Below are positions 19,223-30,908 of a stretch of DNA of 64,000 nucleotides, piece after piece; the stretch's first letter is position 1, and the number at the start of each line of letters is the position of its first letter. The DNA comes from Malacoraja senta (lineage: Eukaryota): contig JAXLNO010000462.1 of NCBI GenBank assembly GCA_038087875.1, forward strand, positions 1 to 64,000. The letters are read 5' to 3'. The position numbers and the translations under genes are program-made. A model generated the notes under the pieces. It did no database searches, was not told the origin of the DNA, and saw only the letters and a list, made by a program, of their open reading frames with translations.

Positions 19223-19410
19223 GTTGTCCTGGGCTGTGGATGGGAGCAGTGGTCCTGGGCTGTGGATGGGAGCAATGGTCCTGGGCTGTGGATGGGAGCA
19301 GTGTGCCTGGGCTGTGGATGGGAGCAGTGGGCCTGGGCTGCGGATGGGAGCAGTGATCCTGGGCTGCGGATTGGAGCAGTGGTCCTGGGCTGTGGATGGG
19401 AGCAGTGGTC
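19223..19410 (+). repeat. 26-bp minisatellite GTGGTCCTGGGCTGTGGATGGGAGCA x7
   Basis: CTGGGCTG recurs every 26 bp from 19229 to 19385. Confidence 0.93.
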
Positions 19411-19519
19411 AGCGTCGAGACAGGGAGTCTGTCTTTGTGTTCAGGCTAGAGACAGGGAGCCTCCCCTTGTATCTAATGTGGATCAAGATGTAAACCCGCA
19501 AAGAGTAGCCGGAGGCCAG

Positions 19520-20299
19520 AGGATACGGAAACTTTCGTAGGACAACAGAAGGAAACAAAACGGGCAATACAGGCTGAAAAGATGAAGTACGAAGGGAAGC
19601 TGGCCAGGAATAAAAAGAAGGACAGTAAAAAGCTTCTTTAGATATGTTAAGGGGAAAGAGTAGCAAAGTCAAATGTGGGTCCCTTGAAGGCAGACACGGG
19701 AGAAATTATTATGGGCCACAAGGAAATGGCAGAAGAGTTGAATAGGTACTTCGGATCTGTCTTCACTAAGGAAGACACAAACAATCTCCCAGAAGTACTG
19801 GAGGACAGAGGATCTAAGGGGGTAGAGGAACTGAAAGAAATTTTCATTAGGCCAGAAATAGTATTCGGTAGGCTAATAGGACGGAAGGATGATAAATCCC
19901 CTGGACCTGATGGTCTGCAACCCAGGGTCCTCAGTTAGGTGGCTCTAGAAATAGTGGACGAATTGGTGATCATTTTCCAATGTTCAATAGATTCTGGATC
20001 AGTTCCTGTGGATTGGAGGATAGCTAATGTTATCCCACTTTTCAAGAAAGGAGCAAGAGAGAAAACAGGGAATTACAGACCAGTTAGCCTGACTTCGGTG
20101 GTGGGAAAGATGCTGGAGTCAATTATTAAAGAGGTAATAATGGGGCATTTGGATAGCAGTAAAATGATTAGTCCATCAACATGGATTTATGAAAGGGAAA
20201 TCATGCTTGACTAATCTTCTGGAATTTTTTGAGGATGGGAGCAGTATGTAAAATGGATGAAGGGGTGCCAGTGGATGTAGTGTTCAGAAACCCTTTGAT
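19520..20299 (+). mobile_element. CR1 ORF2 fragment, 5' of the L1 insertion
   Basis: VGPLK, KSPGPDG and NYRPVSLTS motifs; continues at 26959. Confidence 0.88.
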
Positions 20300-20492
20300 G
20301 ACTTCCGGTGGCGCCATGTTGGACTAACGGACGTGCACCTAGCTCCTCTCCCGAAAAATTTCACGATTTATCGTGTAAAACGGGTCCAGAAATCGGGATT
20401 GTATTTAAAAACCTTACCGGAGCTTCTGGTCGCCGCGCTGATGACGTCATCATTAAGCGCGATGTTTTAAACGGTGGTTTAAAGCCCTTTAA

Positions 20493-21578
20493 ATGAGTAA
20501 ACTGTCTCCAGCTGAGAGCCCTCAGAGAACAGTGAAAAAGCTGCTGAGAGACCAGAAGAAGTCTGAAGCAGAAGTTACCTCTGAAGTCTCTGAAGTCTCT
20601 GAAGTGGCTGCAGAAATGGATACAAGAGCTAAGAAAGAGTTTGATGACGAAGAAATCAGTGAAAAATATGAAAGATGAGATTTTGGATGAAAATAAAATT
20701 ATGATGGAAAATATGAAGGAAAATATGGGAAATATGATGGAAAAAATGGAAAAGATGATGAAGGATTTAAATGCTGGTAATCAGAAGGCTATGGATGCTA
20801 GCAATCAGAAGATGATTGATTCACTGGACATTATGAATAAACGAATTGAGGATGTGAAAGATGGACTATCGGAGAGAATGGACAAGATGGATGAAACTAC
20901 TACGGACAGCTTCACGGCTGTGCTTGAAACAGTAGCTGCAAGTATGCGCACAATTACGGAATTGGAGAAAAACACGGCTCGAGTGGTTGAAGACATGGCG
21001 AAAATGAGGCAAGAACATGAGCAAATGAGGCGAGAAAATGAACAAACTTCACTACAGATGGTGACTCAACTTAGTAAAGTTTCAGAAAAATGCCTGGACC
21101 TGGAAGCTCGCTCTAGACGTCAGAATTTGAGAATTCTTGGAGTCTCAGAGGGAGCCGAGGGGGAGGATGTGCGTGAGTTTGCCATGGGCTTGCTTAAACA
21201 ACTGCTTAATCTTTCCAAAGAACCAAAAATTGAAGTGGCTCCTCATGTCCCAAGATTTAAACAAAGATCTGGTGCGGGAAAAACTTACCCACGACATATT
21301 ATTGTGAAATTTCGGGATATTTTAGAACTGGAAGATGTTATGAGCAAAATCAAACACGGTGTGCAACTGCGGCTGGACAATGACACTATCAAGATATTCA
21401 GGGACTACCCGTATGAAATTGTGCAAAAAAGAAACAAAATCTTTTAAGAGGGAGAGTAGGGATCAGATATGGGGTTTTTTATCCAGCGAAAATGCGTATT
21501 TCCTTCAAGGGTTCTGAAAAGTCATTTGTTAAGCCTGAAGACGCATTTAAATATGCCCAAACTATTGTTGAAAAATAG
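20493..21578 (+). pseudogene. L1 ORF1p (coiled coil, RRM, CTD), frameshifted
   Basis: LEARSRRQNLRILGVSEG, PRHIIVKF and YPAKMRI motifs. Confidence 0.88.
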
Positions 21579-22415
21579 AAATCAAATGGGGGTTTGGCAG
21601 ATCTGAACCATTCTAAGCGATGCTTTGTCTGGGGATAGCTAGACTGTTATCTTTGGAATGTTGAATCAAGGACACTTTCTGTTCAAAACGAGTAAACAGC
21701 TGAACAGACGGGAATGGTATATACCAGAAGCATTTACTTGTTTATTAGATTATAATATTAAAACCAATTGTCAGAACTTATCCTATTAACAACTTAATAA
21801 GTTATGCATGTTAGATTAGAATACTAACAAAAACAAAAATAAAAAATAACGAACTAACATACTAACATGAATTTTTAATAAATTGAAACCTTATCTATAA
21901 GTGGGAGAGGATGAGAAACGAGCACCTGGCTTAGGCCCAGGGGCACGTCTCGTTAACCCCTTCAGCCAACAGTTGATTCTTATTGAAGTCAAAAGTATCA
22001 GTTTAATAATTAGTAGTTAAAATTGCGATATATATATGATATGTTATAATGAAATATATAGGGTAAAATTGTATTATATATCTGAATGTGAGGCCCCGTT
22101 TTAATATTTTAATATGTTATGATTAACCAAGAGAGTGGAGCTGTTTGTTTAACAACACAATGGAAGTCAAAACAAGGTTTTTTCGCACCTACAGGTGGGA
22201 CACTCGCTACAGTGCCGACTATATCAGACACTGTATTTTCACTTTTTTAGTTTTTTTTTTATTACCACATAAACTCACTTGTTTGTGTTTTGTGTTTAGT
22301 GATAAGCGTAAAATGGATATACCAACAACACTTAAAAATTCAAAGGTTCCCCCAATACCCAAAGACCTGGGATATGGATGCACCTCAAGATTTAAAGGTA
22401 CTGTAATTATTCAAA

Positions 22416-25400
22416 ATGCATGACACCAAACAAAAGAACCTAGGAGGAATCTCATTTTGTAGTATAAGAGGTATTAACGAACCTATTAAAAGGGGTAAGA
22501 TACTAGCTCAGCTGAAACTGTACAACTCTGACATTATCTTCTTACAAGAAACACACTTAAAATCTCAGGATCAAGTTAGGTTGAGGGCGAAATGGATAGG
22601 TCAAACATACCATTCTTCATTCACTTCGAAATCTAGAGGCACGTCAATCATTATAAGAAAAGGTATACCATTTAAAGCAAAGAATATCATAACAGATATA
22701 GAAGGGAGATACTTAATAGTTAATGGAGAAATCCATGATACTCCACTTACCTTGGTAAATATATATGCCCCTAACTTTGACAACCCCCACTTTTTCAATA
22801 AAATTTTCAATATAATTGCAGCGTTTAACTATCAAAATGTTATAATAGGAGGAGACTTTAACTGTGTTTTAGATCCGTACTTAGATAAATCAAGCCAAAA
22901 ACAGAGAGGGAATATGAAATCGAAAACCGGGGAGCTTCTCAATACTTATATAAACAATACTAATATAGCAGATGTTTGGAGAATTGTTAATCCAACTGGC
23001 AGGGAATACTCGTTTTATTCAATGGTACATAAGACATACTCACGTATAGATTACTTCCTGCTGGACACAAAATTAATCCCTCAAACATTTAACCCAACAT
23101 ACCACACAAATTCGATTTCAGACCATTCTCCACTAACTTTCTTTTTGAAACTGGAAGGAATGTTTAAGAATAAATCGTTTTGGAGATTTAGTTCTCAAAT
23201 TCTAAAAGATCCACAAGCGAGTATATATTTAAAAGAACAAATGGAGGCCTTTTTTCAAATAAATGATACTCCAGATATATCGTCTACTGTATTATGGGAA
23301 TCTTTTAAAGCATACATTAGGGGTATTATAATTTCATATCAAGCTTTTCAAAATAAAAAGAATAAGAATGAACAAAGACAGTTAGAAGAACTTATTAGAC
23401 GAATGGATATAGATAATGCTAAAGATCCATCAATAGATAAACATAATAAAATAATAATTTTGAAATTTAAATTAAATAAATGATTATCTGCCAAACTTAA
23501 AAGACTTTTTCAAATTACAAAACAAGAGCACTTTGAATTTGGGGATAAACCGCATAAACTTTTGGCTCGCCAGCTAAAAAAATGAGAAAAGGGACATACT
23601 ATACCAAAGATTAAATCAGATAAAGGGGAATTATTAACAACACCGAAGGATATTAATAAAAGATTTGCGCAATTTAATGAGAATTTGTATACATCTAAAA
23701 CGACAATTGATTCCAATAATATCACAAAATTTTTGGATAATTGTAATCTTCCATAGTTAGAGCTGAAGGAACAAGAGGAATTGGGTGCACAGAATTTCAA
23801 TTAAAGAATTAGAAGATACAATAAACTCACTAAAGAATGGAAAAACACCAGGCCCTGATGGATTTACTAATGAATTTTATAAAAGCTTTTATGATAAAAT
23901 AATACCAAGATTACAAAAAATGTACCAATATGCTTTTAAAAAACAAATACTACCTGATACATTAGCGGAATCAACGATTACACTAATACCTAAGAAAGAC
24001 GAAGATTTAGAAGAACCGGGTTCTTATAGAGCTATAGCATTGTTAAACACAGATCAAAAAATATTAGCGAAAACATTAGCTAGAAGATTAAGTAAATACA
24101 TTAGTAAATTAATAAACCCAGATCAGACGGGGTTTATCCCTAAGAGATACTCATCTAACAATATGAGACGTTTACTCAACATAATGCACTCACACAAATC
24201 TGAAGATCAAGAATTATCAATTATTTCGCTGGATGCTGAAAAAGCATTTGACCAAGTAGAATGGAATTATATGGATAAAGTATTACAAAAATTCCAACTG
24301 GGAGAGAATTTTATTCTATGGATCAAGTTACTATATAACAAACCTACAGCCAGAATACTAACTAATAACATATTATCCTCGAAATTCCAAATATCAAGGG
24401 GAAATAGACAAGGATGCTCATTATCACCACAGCTGTTTGCTCTCATTATTGAACCGCTAGCAGAAAAAATTAGGATACACCCTGATATCCATGGATATAA
24501 TACTAAAGACTCATATAATAAAATATCTTTATACGCAGATGATATATTACTGTACATTACAAAACCTCAAATCACTATACCAAATATATTAAATTTAATT
24601 GAAGACTTTGGATCTTTTTCTGGATATAGAATAAATTGGAATAAAAGTGAAATTATGTCAATAAAATCGAAAGATTCAACACATCTTTTAAAATTCCCTT
24701 TTAAAATAGCTACAGAAAAATTTAAATACTTGGGAATCGAAATTACTAGAACATATCAAGGTATGTTTAAGGCAAATTTTGATCCCCTACTTAATAAATT
24801 AAACACACTAATTACATTCTGGAAAACGCTCCCGATGTCTTTAATAGGCCGAATAAATGCAATAAAAATGATCTTTCTACCACAAATTTTATACCTATTT
24901 CAATCGATTCCTATATACTTACCAAAGAAGTTTAAAAAAAAACTCGACTCAGATATCACTAATTTTATATGGGACTATAAAGCACATAGAATACAAAAAA
25001 CTCATCTGAATAAACCTAAAGTATTAGGGGGTTTAGCACCACCTAATTTTATGTATTATTATTGGTCAGTAAATATTAAAAATATGATTCAACTGATGGA
25101 TAATTCCGCCCAGCAAGTGGACTGGATTGTAATGGAGAAAGAGGATTGCTCCTCTGGAAACATTGGAGCGATCCTCCTCTCTCCAATGAAACTGAATAAT
25201 ATAAATTATAATAAGAACCCAATTATTCATAGTACAATCCGAATTTGGAAACAAATAAAACAAAATTTAAAATTAAGAAATTTATCACTTTTATTACCCA
25301 TAGTTAATAACCCTTCGTTTAATCCCTCTATTATAGATAAAGCTTTTACACATTGGGATAGACTAGGAATTAAAACGCTCGGTGACTTGTATGAAACTGG

Positions 25401-26193
25401 AAAATTACTTTCATTTCAACAATTACAAATAAAATATAAACTCGGAAATAATCAATATTTTAAATATTTTCAAATATGCGACTATTTGTAAAAAATATAC
25501 AAAAGATCATTATAATAACCCAGCAGATGTATTGGATGAGGCAATGCAGATAAAAGCTGAATCAGCAAACTTAATATCATATTTGTATAATATTATCTTA
25601 AATGTACAAATACCATCTACGGAGGGTATCAGAAGAGACTGGGAACAAGAGTTAGCTATTAAAATTTCAAAGGAAAGTTGGAATGAACACTTATTAAACG
25701 TACATAAATGTTCGATTAATGTAAGACACACTTTAATACAATTTAAAATTTTCCATAGATTATATTATTCGAAAACTAAAATTCATAAAATTTTCCCAAA
25801 TGTATCATCTATTTGTGATAAATGTCAATCCCAAGAAGCTACTCATTCGTTTTCTGTACAAAAATTCAAAAATTTTGGAATGAAATTTTTGAAATCTTTA
25901 CAAAGTTATTCAAAATAAGACTAATACCCAAAGCAGAATGGATTATCTTCGGAATAACGGAAGATGGTCCAGAACTAAATGTGTTTCAAAAGAAACTAAT
26001 AGACTATGGGTTAATAACTGGAAAAAAGCTAATTCTAAAATTTTGGAAGAAGGCTCCAATACCAACTATAAACATGTGGATTTCAAATATGTTCAAAACA
26101 TTAAACCTAGAAGAGATAAGACTCCTCGTAGCAGGTAAACCAGATCAATTCCACCTGACGTGGTCTGCATTTATAGAATTATTACAAATATAG
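22416..26193 (+). pseudogene. L1 ORF2p (APE, RT, Cys-rich C-terminus), disrupted
   Basis: LQETH, GGDFN, SDH, PGPDG, LDAEKAFD, QGCSLSP, LYADD and CDKC motifs spread over several ORFs. Confidence 0.93.
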
Positions 26194-26381
26194 GGTGCAA
26201 AGGTGCCTTAAAAAAAATTGAGGTCAGGTAAGGGGGGATGATAGTTGAAGAGTTGGTATGTCCCATTTGCGTAATGCTCATAAAAATATTTGTTTCTCTC
26301 TTTTTCCTCTTTCTCTTTCTCTTTCTTTTCTAGGGTCTATTTCTTAACTCTTTTTCTTTTGTTTTTAATTTTGTTCTTATA

Positions 26382-26731
26382 ATAATAATGATAATAATGG
26401 ATTGGATTTATATAGCGCCTTTCTAATACCCAAGGCGCTTTACATCGCATTATTCATTCACTCCTCAGTCACACTCGGTGGTGGTGAGCTACTTCTGTAG
26501 CCACAGCTGCCCTGGGGCAGACTGACGGAAGCGTGGCTGCTAATCTGCGCCTACGGCCCCTCCGACCACCACCAATCACTCACACGCATTCACACACATT
26601 CACACGCAGGCAAAGGTGGGTGAAGTGTCTTGCCCAAGGACACAACGACAGTATGCACTCCAAGCGGGATTCGAACCGGCTACCTTCCGGTTGCCAGCCG
26701 AACACTTAGCCCATTGCGCCATCTGTCGTCC
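26382..26731 (-). mobile_element. tRNA-derived CORE-SINE with an L2-like tail, inserted in the L1 3' UTR
   Basis: Minus strand has A box TGGCGCAATGG, B box GGTTCGAATCC, CORE GTGTCCTTGGGCAAGACACTT and tail TGTAAAGCGCC...AGGCGCTATATAAAT(...ATT)n. It is absent from the same site in L1 copy B (~56360). Confidence 0.85.
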
Positions 26732-26958
26732 TAATAGGGTCTTCGTCCTTTTTTGTTGTCACATTTTCTACACTCTCACTTTTTCCTTCACTTTCTTCTT
26801 TCTTTCAATCTTTTCCTTTTATTAGTGTAAAAAACAAATGGAGTACATTAATTGTAAGAAGACATAAGTGACGAGTACTAATGTATGTGGTTGTAATGTA
26901 ATGTACTTCTAATAAATATTTTTTTTTTTTTTAAAGTTAAAAAAAGAAAGCCTTTGAT

Positions 26959-28078
26959 AAGGTCCCGCACGGGAGACTGGTGACTAAAATTAGAGCACAT
27001 GGTATTGGGGTTAGGGTGTAGACATGATTAGAAAATTGGTTGGCAGACCGGAAGCAAAGAGTAGGAGTGAATGGGTCCATTTCAGAATGGCAGGCAGTGG
27101 CGAGTGGAGTGCCGCAAGGCTAGGTGTCGGGGCCGCAAATGTTTACCATATATATTAATGATTTGGAAGAGGGAATTAGGAGCAACACCAGCAAGTTTGC
27201 GGATGACACAAAGCTGGGTTGCAGTGTGAACTGTGAAGAGGATGTTAGGAGGTTGCAGGGTGACCTGGACAGGTTGAGTGAGTGGGCAGATGCGTGGCAG
27301 ATGCAGTATAATATAGATAAATATGAGGTTATCCACTTTGGCGGCAAAAACAAGGGGGCAGATTATTATCTTAATGGGGTTAGATTAGGTAAGGGGGAGG
27401 TGCAGCGAGACACCGGTCACTGAAAGCTGGCGTGCAGGTACAGCAGGCAGTGAAGAAAGCTAATGGAATGTTGGCCTTCCTAACAAGAGGATTTCAGTAT
27501 AGCAGTAGAGAGGATCTTCTTCAGTTGTATAGGGCTCTGGTGAGACCACATCTGGAGTATTGTATTCAGTTTTGGTCTCCTAATTTGACGACGGACATCC
27601 TCGTGATTGAAGCAGTGCAGTGTAAGTTCACGAGATTGATCCCTGGGATGGCGGGACTGTCATATGAGGAAAGATTGAAAAGACTAGGCTTGTATTCACT
27701 GGAGTTTAGAAGGATGAGGGGAGATCTTATAGAAACATATAAAATTATATGAGGACTGGAGAAGCTAGATGCAGGAAACATGCTCCCAATGTTGGGCGAG
27801 TCCAGAACCAGGTGCCACAGTCTTAGAATAAACGCTTTCACCCAGAGAGTGGTGAATTTATGGAATTCACTGCCACAGAGGGCAGTGGAGGCCAAGTCAC
27901 TGGATGGATTTAAGAGAGAGTTTGATAGAGCTCTAGGGGCTAGCGGAGTCAAGGGATATGGGGAGAAGGCAGGCACGTGTTATTGATAGGGGACGATCAG
28001 CCATGATCACAATGAATGGCGGTGCTGGCTCGAAGGGCCGAATGGCCTCCTCCTCCACCTATTTTCTATGTTTCTATA
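26959..28078 (+). mobile_element. CR1 continuation to the 3' end
   Basis: FADDTKL and RPHLEYC motifs, 3' UTR and TTTCTATG tail. Confidence 0.9.
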
Positions 28079-28389
28079 TATCTCCAGGGCATGAGGTCGG
28101 TGAGAACACTATCGCTTTCTCCTGAATTGTGTTTGCTTCTTTGATTAATTCTGCTGACTTTTCCTTTCAATTGTTGTCATTTGAAGTGTCCAGGGTTTTT
28201 AATGATTTTTTTTCTGGTGCAACTGGAATTGTGCTGTTTCTGTGCTGTATCACAGAACTAAAAGAATGTTTCCACTAGTGGGAGAGTCTCGGACCAGAGG
28301 GCACAGTGTCAGAATAAAAGAATGTATCTTTACTAAATTGATGATGCCCTAACCTTATCACAACTGAAATTGAATCTGGCTGATGTAAA

Positions 28390-28586
28390 TGTAGAAACAA
28401 AGACCTGTAGATGCTGGTTTATACCAAAGATAGACACATTGCTGGAGTAACTCAGTGGGTCATGCGGCATCTCTGGAGAAACAAGTGATTTTGGGATGGA
28501 ATAGAAGAAGGGTTCTTACCCAAAATATCACCCATCCTTTTCCTCCAGAGTTGGTGCCTGACCTGCTGAGTTTCTCCAGCACTCTT
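28390..28586. mobile_element. Degenerate palindromic Penelope-like terminal remnant
   Basis: TGCTGGAGTAACTCAG...TCTCTGGAG is inverted relative to CTCCAGAG...CTGAGTTTCTCCAGCA; similar to 16950-17020. Confidence 0.55.
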
Positions 28587-28666
28587 ATCATGGTCTCCTC
28601 TATATCCCACAGCTCTGCTCACCCCCCTACTCGTAACAAGGTCACATTCCTCCATGTCCCCTATGG

Positions 28667-29138
28667 CAGTACAGCAGGCAGTGAAGAAAGTGAATGGCCT
28701 GTTGGCCTTTATAACAAGAGGAATCGAATATAGGAGCAAAGAGGTCCTTCTGCAGTTGCACAGAGCCCTAGTGAGACCACACCTGGAGTATTGTGTGCTG
28801 TTTTGGTCCCCTAATTTGAGGAAGGACATTCTTGCTATTGAGCGAGTGCGGCATAGGTTTACAAGGTTAATTCCCGGGATGGCGGGACTGTCATATGCTG
28901 GGAGAATGGAGTGGCTGGGCTTGCATACTCTGGAGTTTAGAAGGATGAGAGGGTATCTCATTGAAACATATAAGATTGTTAAGGTGTTTGGACACGCTAG
29001 AGGAAGGAAACATGTTCCCGATGTCGGGGGAGTCCAGAACCAGGGGCCATAGTTTAAGAATAAGGAGTAAGCCATTTAGAACGGAGACGAGGAAACACTT
29101 TTTTTCCACAGAGAGTGGTGAGTCTGTGGAATTCTGTG
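28667..29138 (+). mobile_element. CR1 ORF2 C-terminal fragment
   Basis: VQQAVKK, RPHLEYC and ESRTRGH motifs. Confidence 0.85.
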
Positions 29139-29251
29139 TCACCAACTACTGTCCCTGCCTCTTCCTTCCTTTATCCCGCCCCCCACCCCAACTTCAGTCT
29201 GAAGAAGAGTCTTGACCTGAAACGTCGCCTATTCCTTCTCTCCATAGATGC
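29139..29251 (+). mobile_element. Penelope-like terminal fragment with a hammerhead-like core
   Basis: CAGTCTGAAGAAGAGTCTTGACCTGAAACGTCGCC at 29195-29229, homologous to 16901-16935. Confidence 0.55.
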
Positions 29252-30288
29252 GGGGCTTCGCTTTCCATTCAAGTTTCCTATAAGTGAGGAAGCCGCTGAT
29301 TGGTGGAAGAGGACTAAGAGGAAGCAGCTGATTGGGAGTCAGATCCCTGCTGATTTCCTCCACCAGATTGTATTGTATCCAGGGTAAGGGGGGAGAATTA
29401 AGGGCCAGGGCAGTTTACTGTTCTGGATGTCAAATGTGGGTCATGGAGTCTGATACCCCTCCAGACGTTCACATCTGTGTCAGGTGCGTAGAGATGGGGT
29501 TCCTACGGGACCGTGTTAGGAACCTGGAGCAGCAGCTCGATGACCTCTGTCTGATCAGGGAGAGTGAGGAGGTCATAGAAAGGAGTTATAGGGAGGTGGC
29601 CACTCCAAGACCACAGGAGGCAGACAAGTGGGTCACGGTTAGGAAGGGCAAGGGGCAGAGGCAGGGACTAGTGAGTACCCCGGTGGCTGTACACCTTGAA
29701 AATAAGTACTCCTGTTTGAGTACTGTTGGGGGGACAGCTTTCCTAGGGGTAGCGACAGCGACCGGGCCTCTGGCACAGAGACCAGCCCTATTGCTCAGAA
29801 GGGTAGGGAAATGAAGAGGAGGGCAATAGTAATAGGGGACCCTATGGTTAGGGGGTCGGATAGGCGATTCTGTGGACGCAGTCAGGAGACCCGGATGGTA
29901 GTTTGCCTCCCTGGTGCCAGGGTCAGGGATGTGTCTGAACGCGTCCAAGATATCCTGAAATCGGTGGGAGAGGAACCTGAGGTTGTGGTACATATAGGTA
30001 CCAATGACATAGGTAGAAAAAGAGAAGAGGTCCTGAAAGGAGAATTTAGGGCGTTGGGAGGAGAGTTAAGGAGAAGGACCGCAAAGGTAACAATCTCAGG
30101 ATTACTACCTGTGCCACGCGATGGTGAGAGTAGGAATGGAATGAGGTGGAGGATAAATGCGTGGCAGAGGAACTGGTGCAGCGGGCAGGGATTCAAATTT
30201 CTGGATAATTGGGACCTCTTTTGGGGAAGGTGTGACCTGTACAGAAAGGACGGGTTGCACTTGAACCTGAGGGGGACCAATATCCTGG
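29252..30288 (+). mobile_element. CR1 5' UTR and ORF1 (same type as 8328-9257), truncated at the satellite
   Basis: 5' UTR matches 8114-8176; RARAVYCSGC, GD(P), HIGTND and DGLH motifs; stops at ATCCTGGCG. Confidence 0.9.
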
Positions 30289-30635
30289 CGAATTTTCATC
30301 ACTTTTCATATTCTGAATTTTCGTCGCTTTACGCTTGCTGAAATTTCGTCGCCTTTCATGTCCTGAAATTTCATCGCCTTTCAAGTCCTTAAATTTTGTC
30401 ACTTTATGCGTCCTGATGTTTCGTCGCTTATTGTGTGCTGAAATTTCGGCGCTTTTCGTGTGCTGATATTTCGTCACTTTTCACGTGCTGAATTGTTGTC
30501 GCTTTTCATGTCCGGAAGGTTCGTCGCTTTTCGCGGGCTGATTTTTCGTCGCTTTTCTCATCCTGAAGGTTCGTCACTTTTCTTGTGCCGAAATTTTGTC
30601 ACTTTTCGTGTCCTGAAATTTTGTCACTTCATGCG

Positions 30636-30839
30636 TGTAAAGGGTTGATAACGAGGCATCGTTACTTTACTATCTTTATTCATACTGGATCATTATACAT
30701 TGCACTAGCTGTACGTGGTCTGTCACAGGAACTAGAGAGCGATCTGTGGGTGGGGAGGTTGTAGTTATACTTGTGATATGGGGAGTGGTTAGTAGGTATG
30801 AGGTCACTATGTTAAAGGCACATGCATATCTCATCTACA
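30636..30839 (-). repeat. 3' LTR
   Basis: Repeat of 35173-35376, adjacent to the PPT at 30840-30852. Confidence 0.96.
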
Positions 30840-30908
30840 TCCTTCCTCTCCGAAACGACAGGCAAATACAATGGTGACATGGCGACCACGGCTCATGCGC
30901 TAGGATAG

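Larger units (their letters stand above)
20300..26944 (+). mobile_element. Full-length L1-clade LINE (copy A), degenerate
   Basis: 14-bp TSD with one mismatch, AGAAA(C/G)CCTTTGAT (20286-20299 and 26945-26958). Starts GACTTCCGG and has ORF1, a long spacer, ORF2, AATAAA and an A/T tail. Confidence 0.93.
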
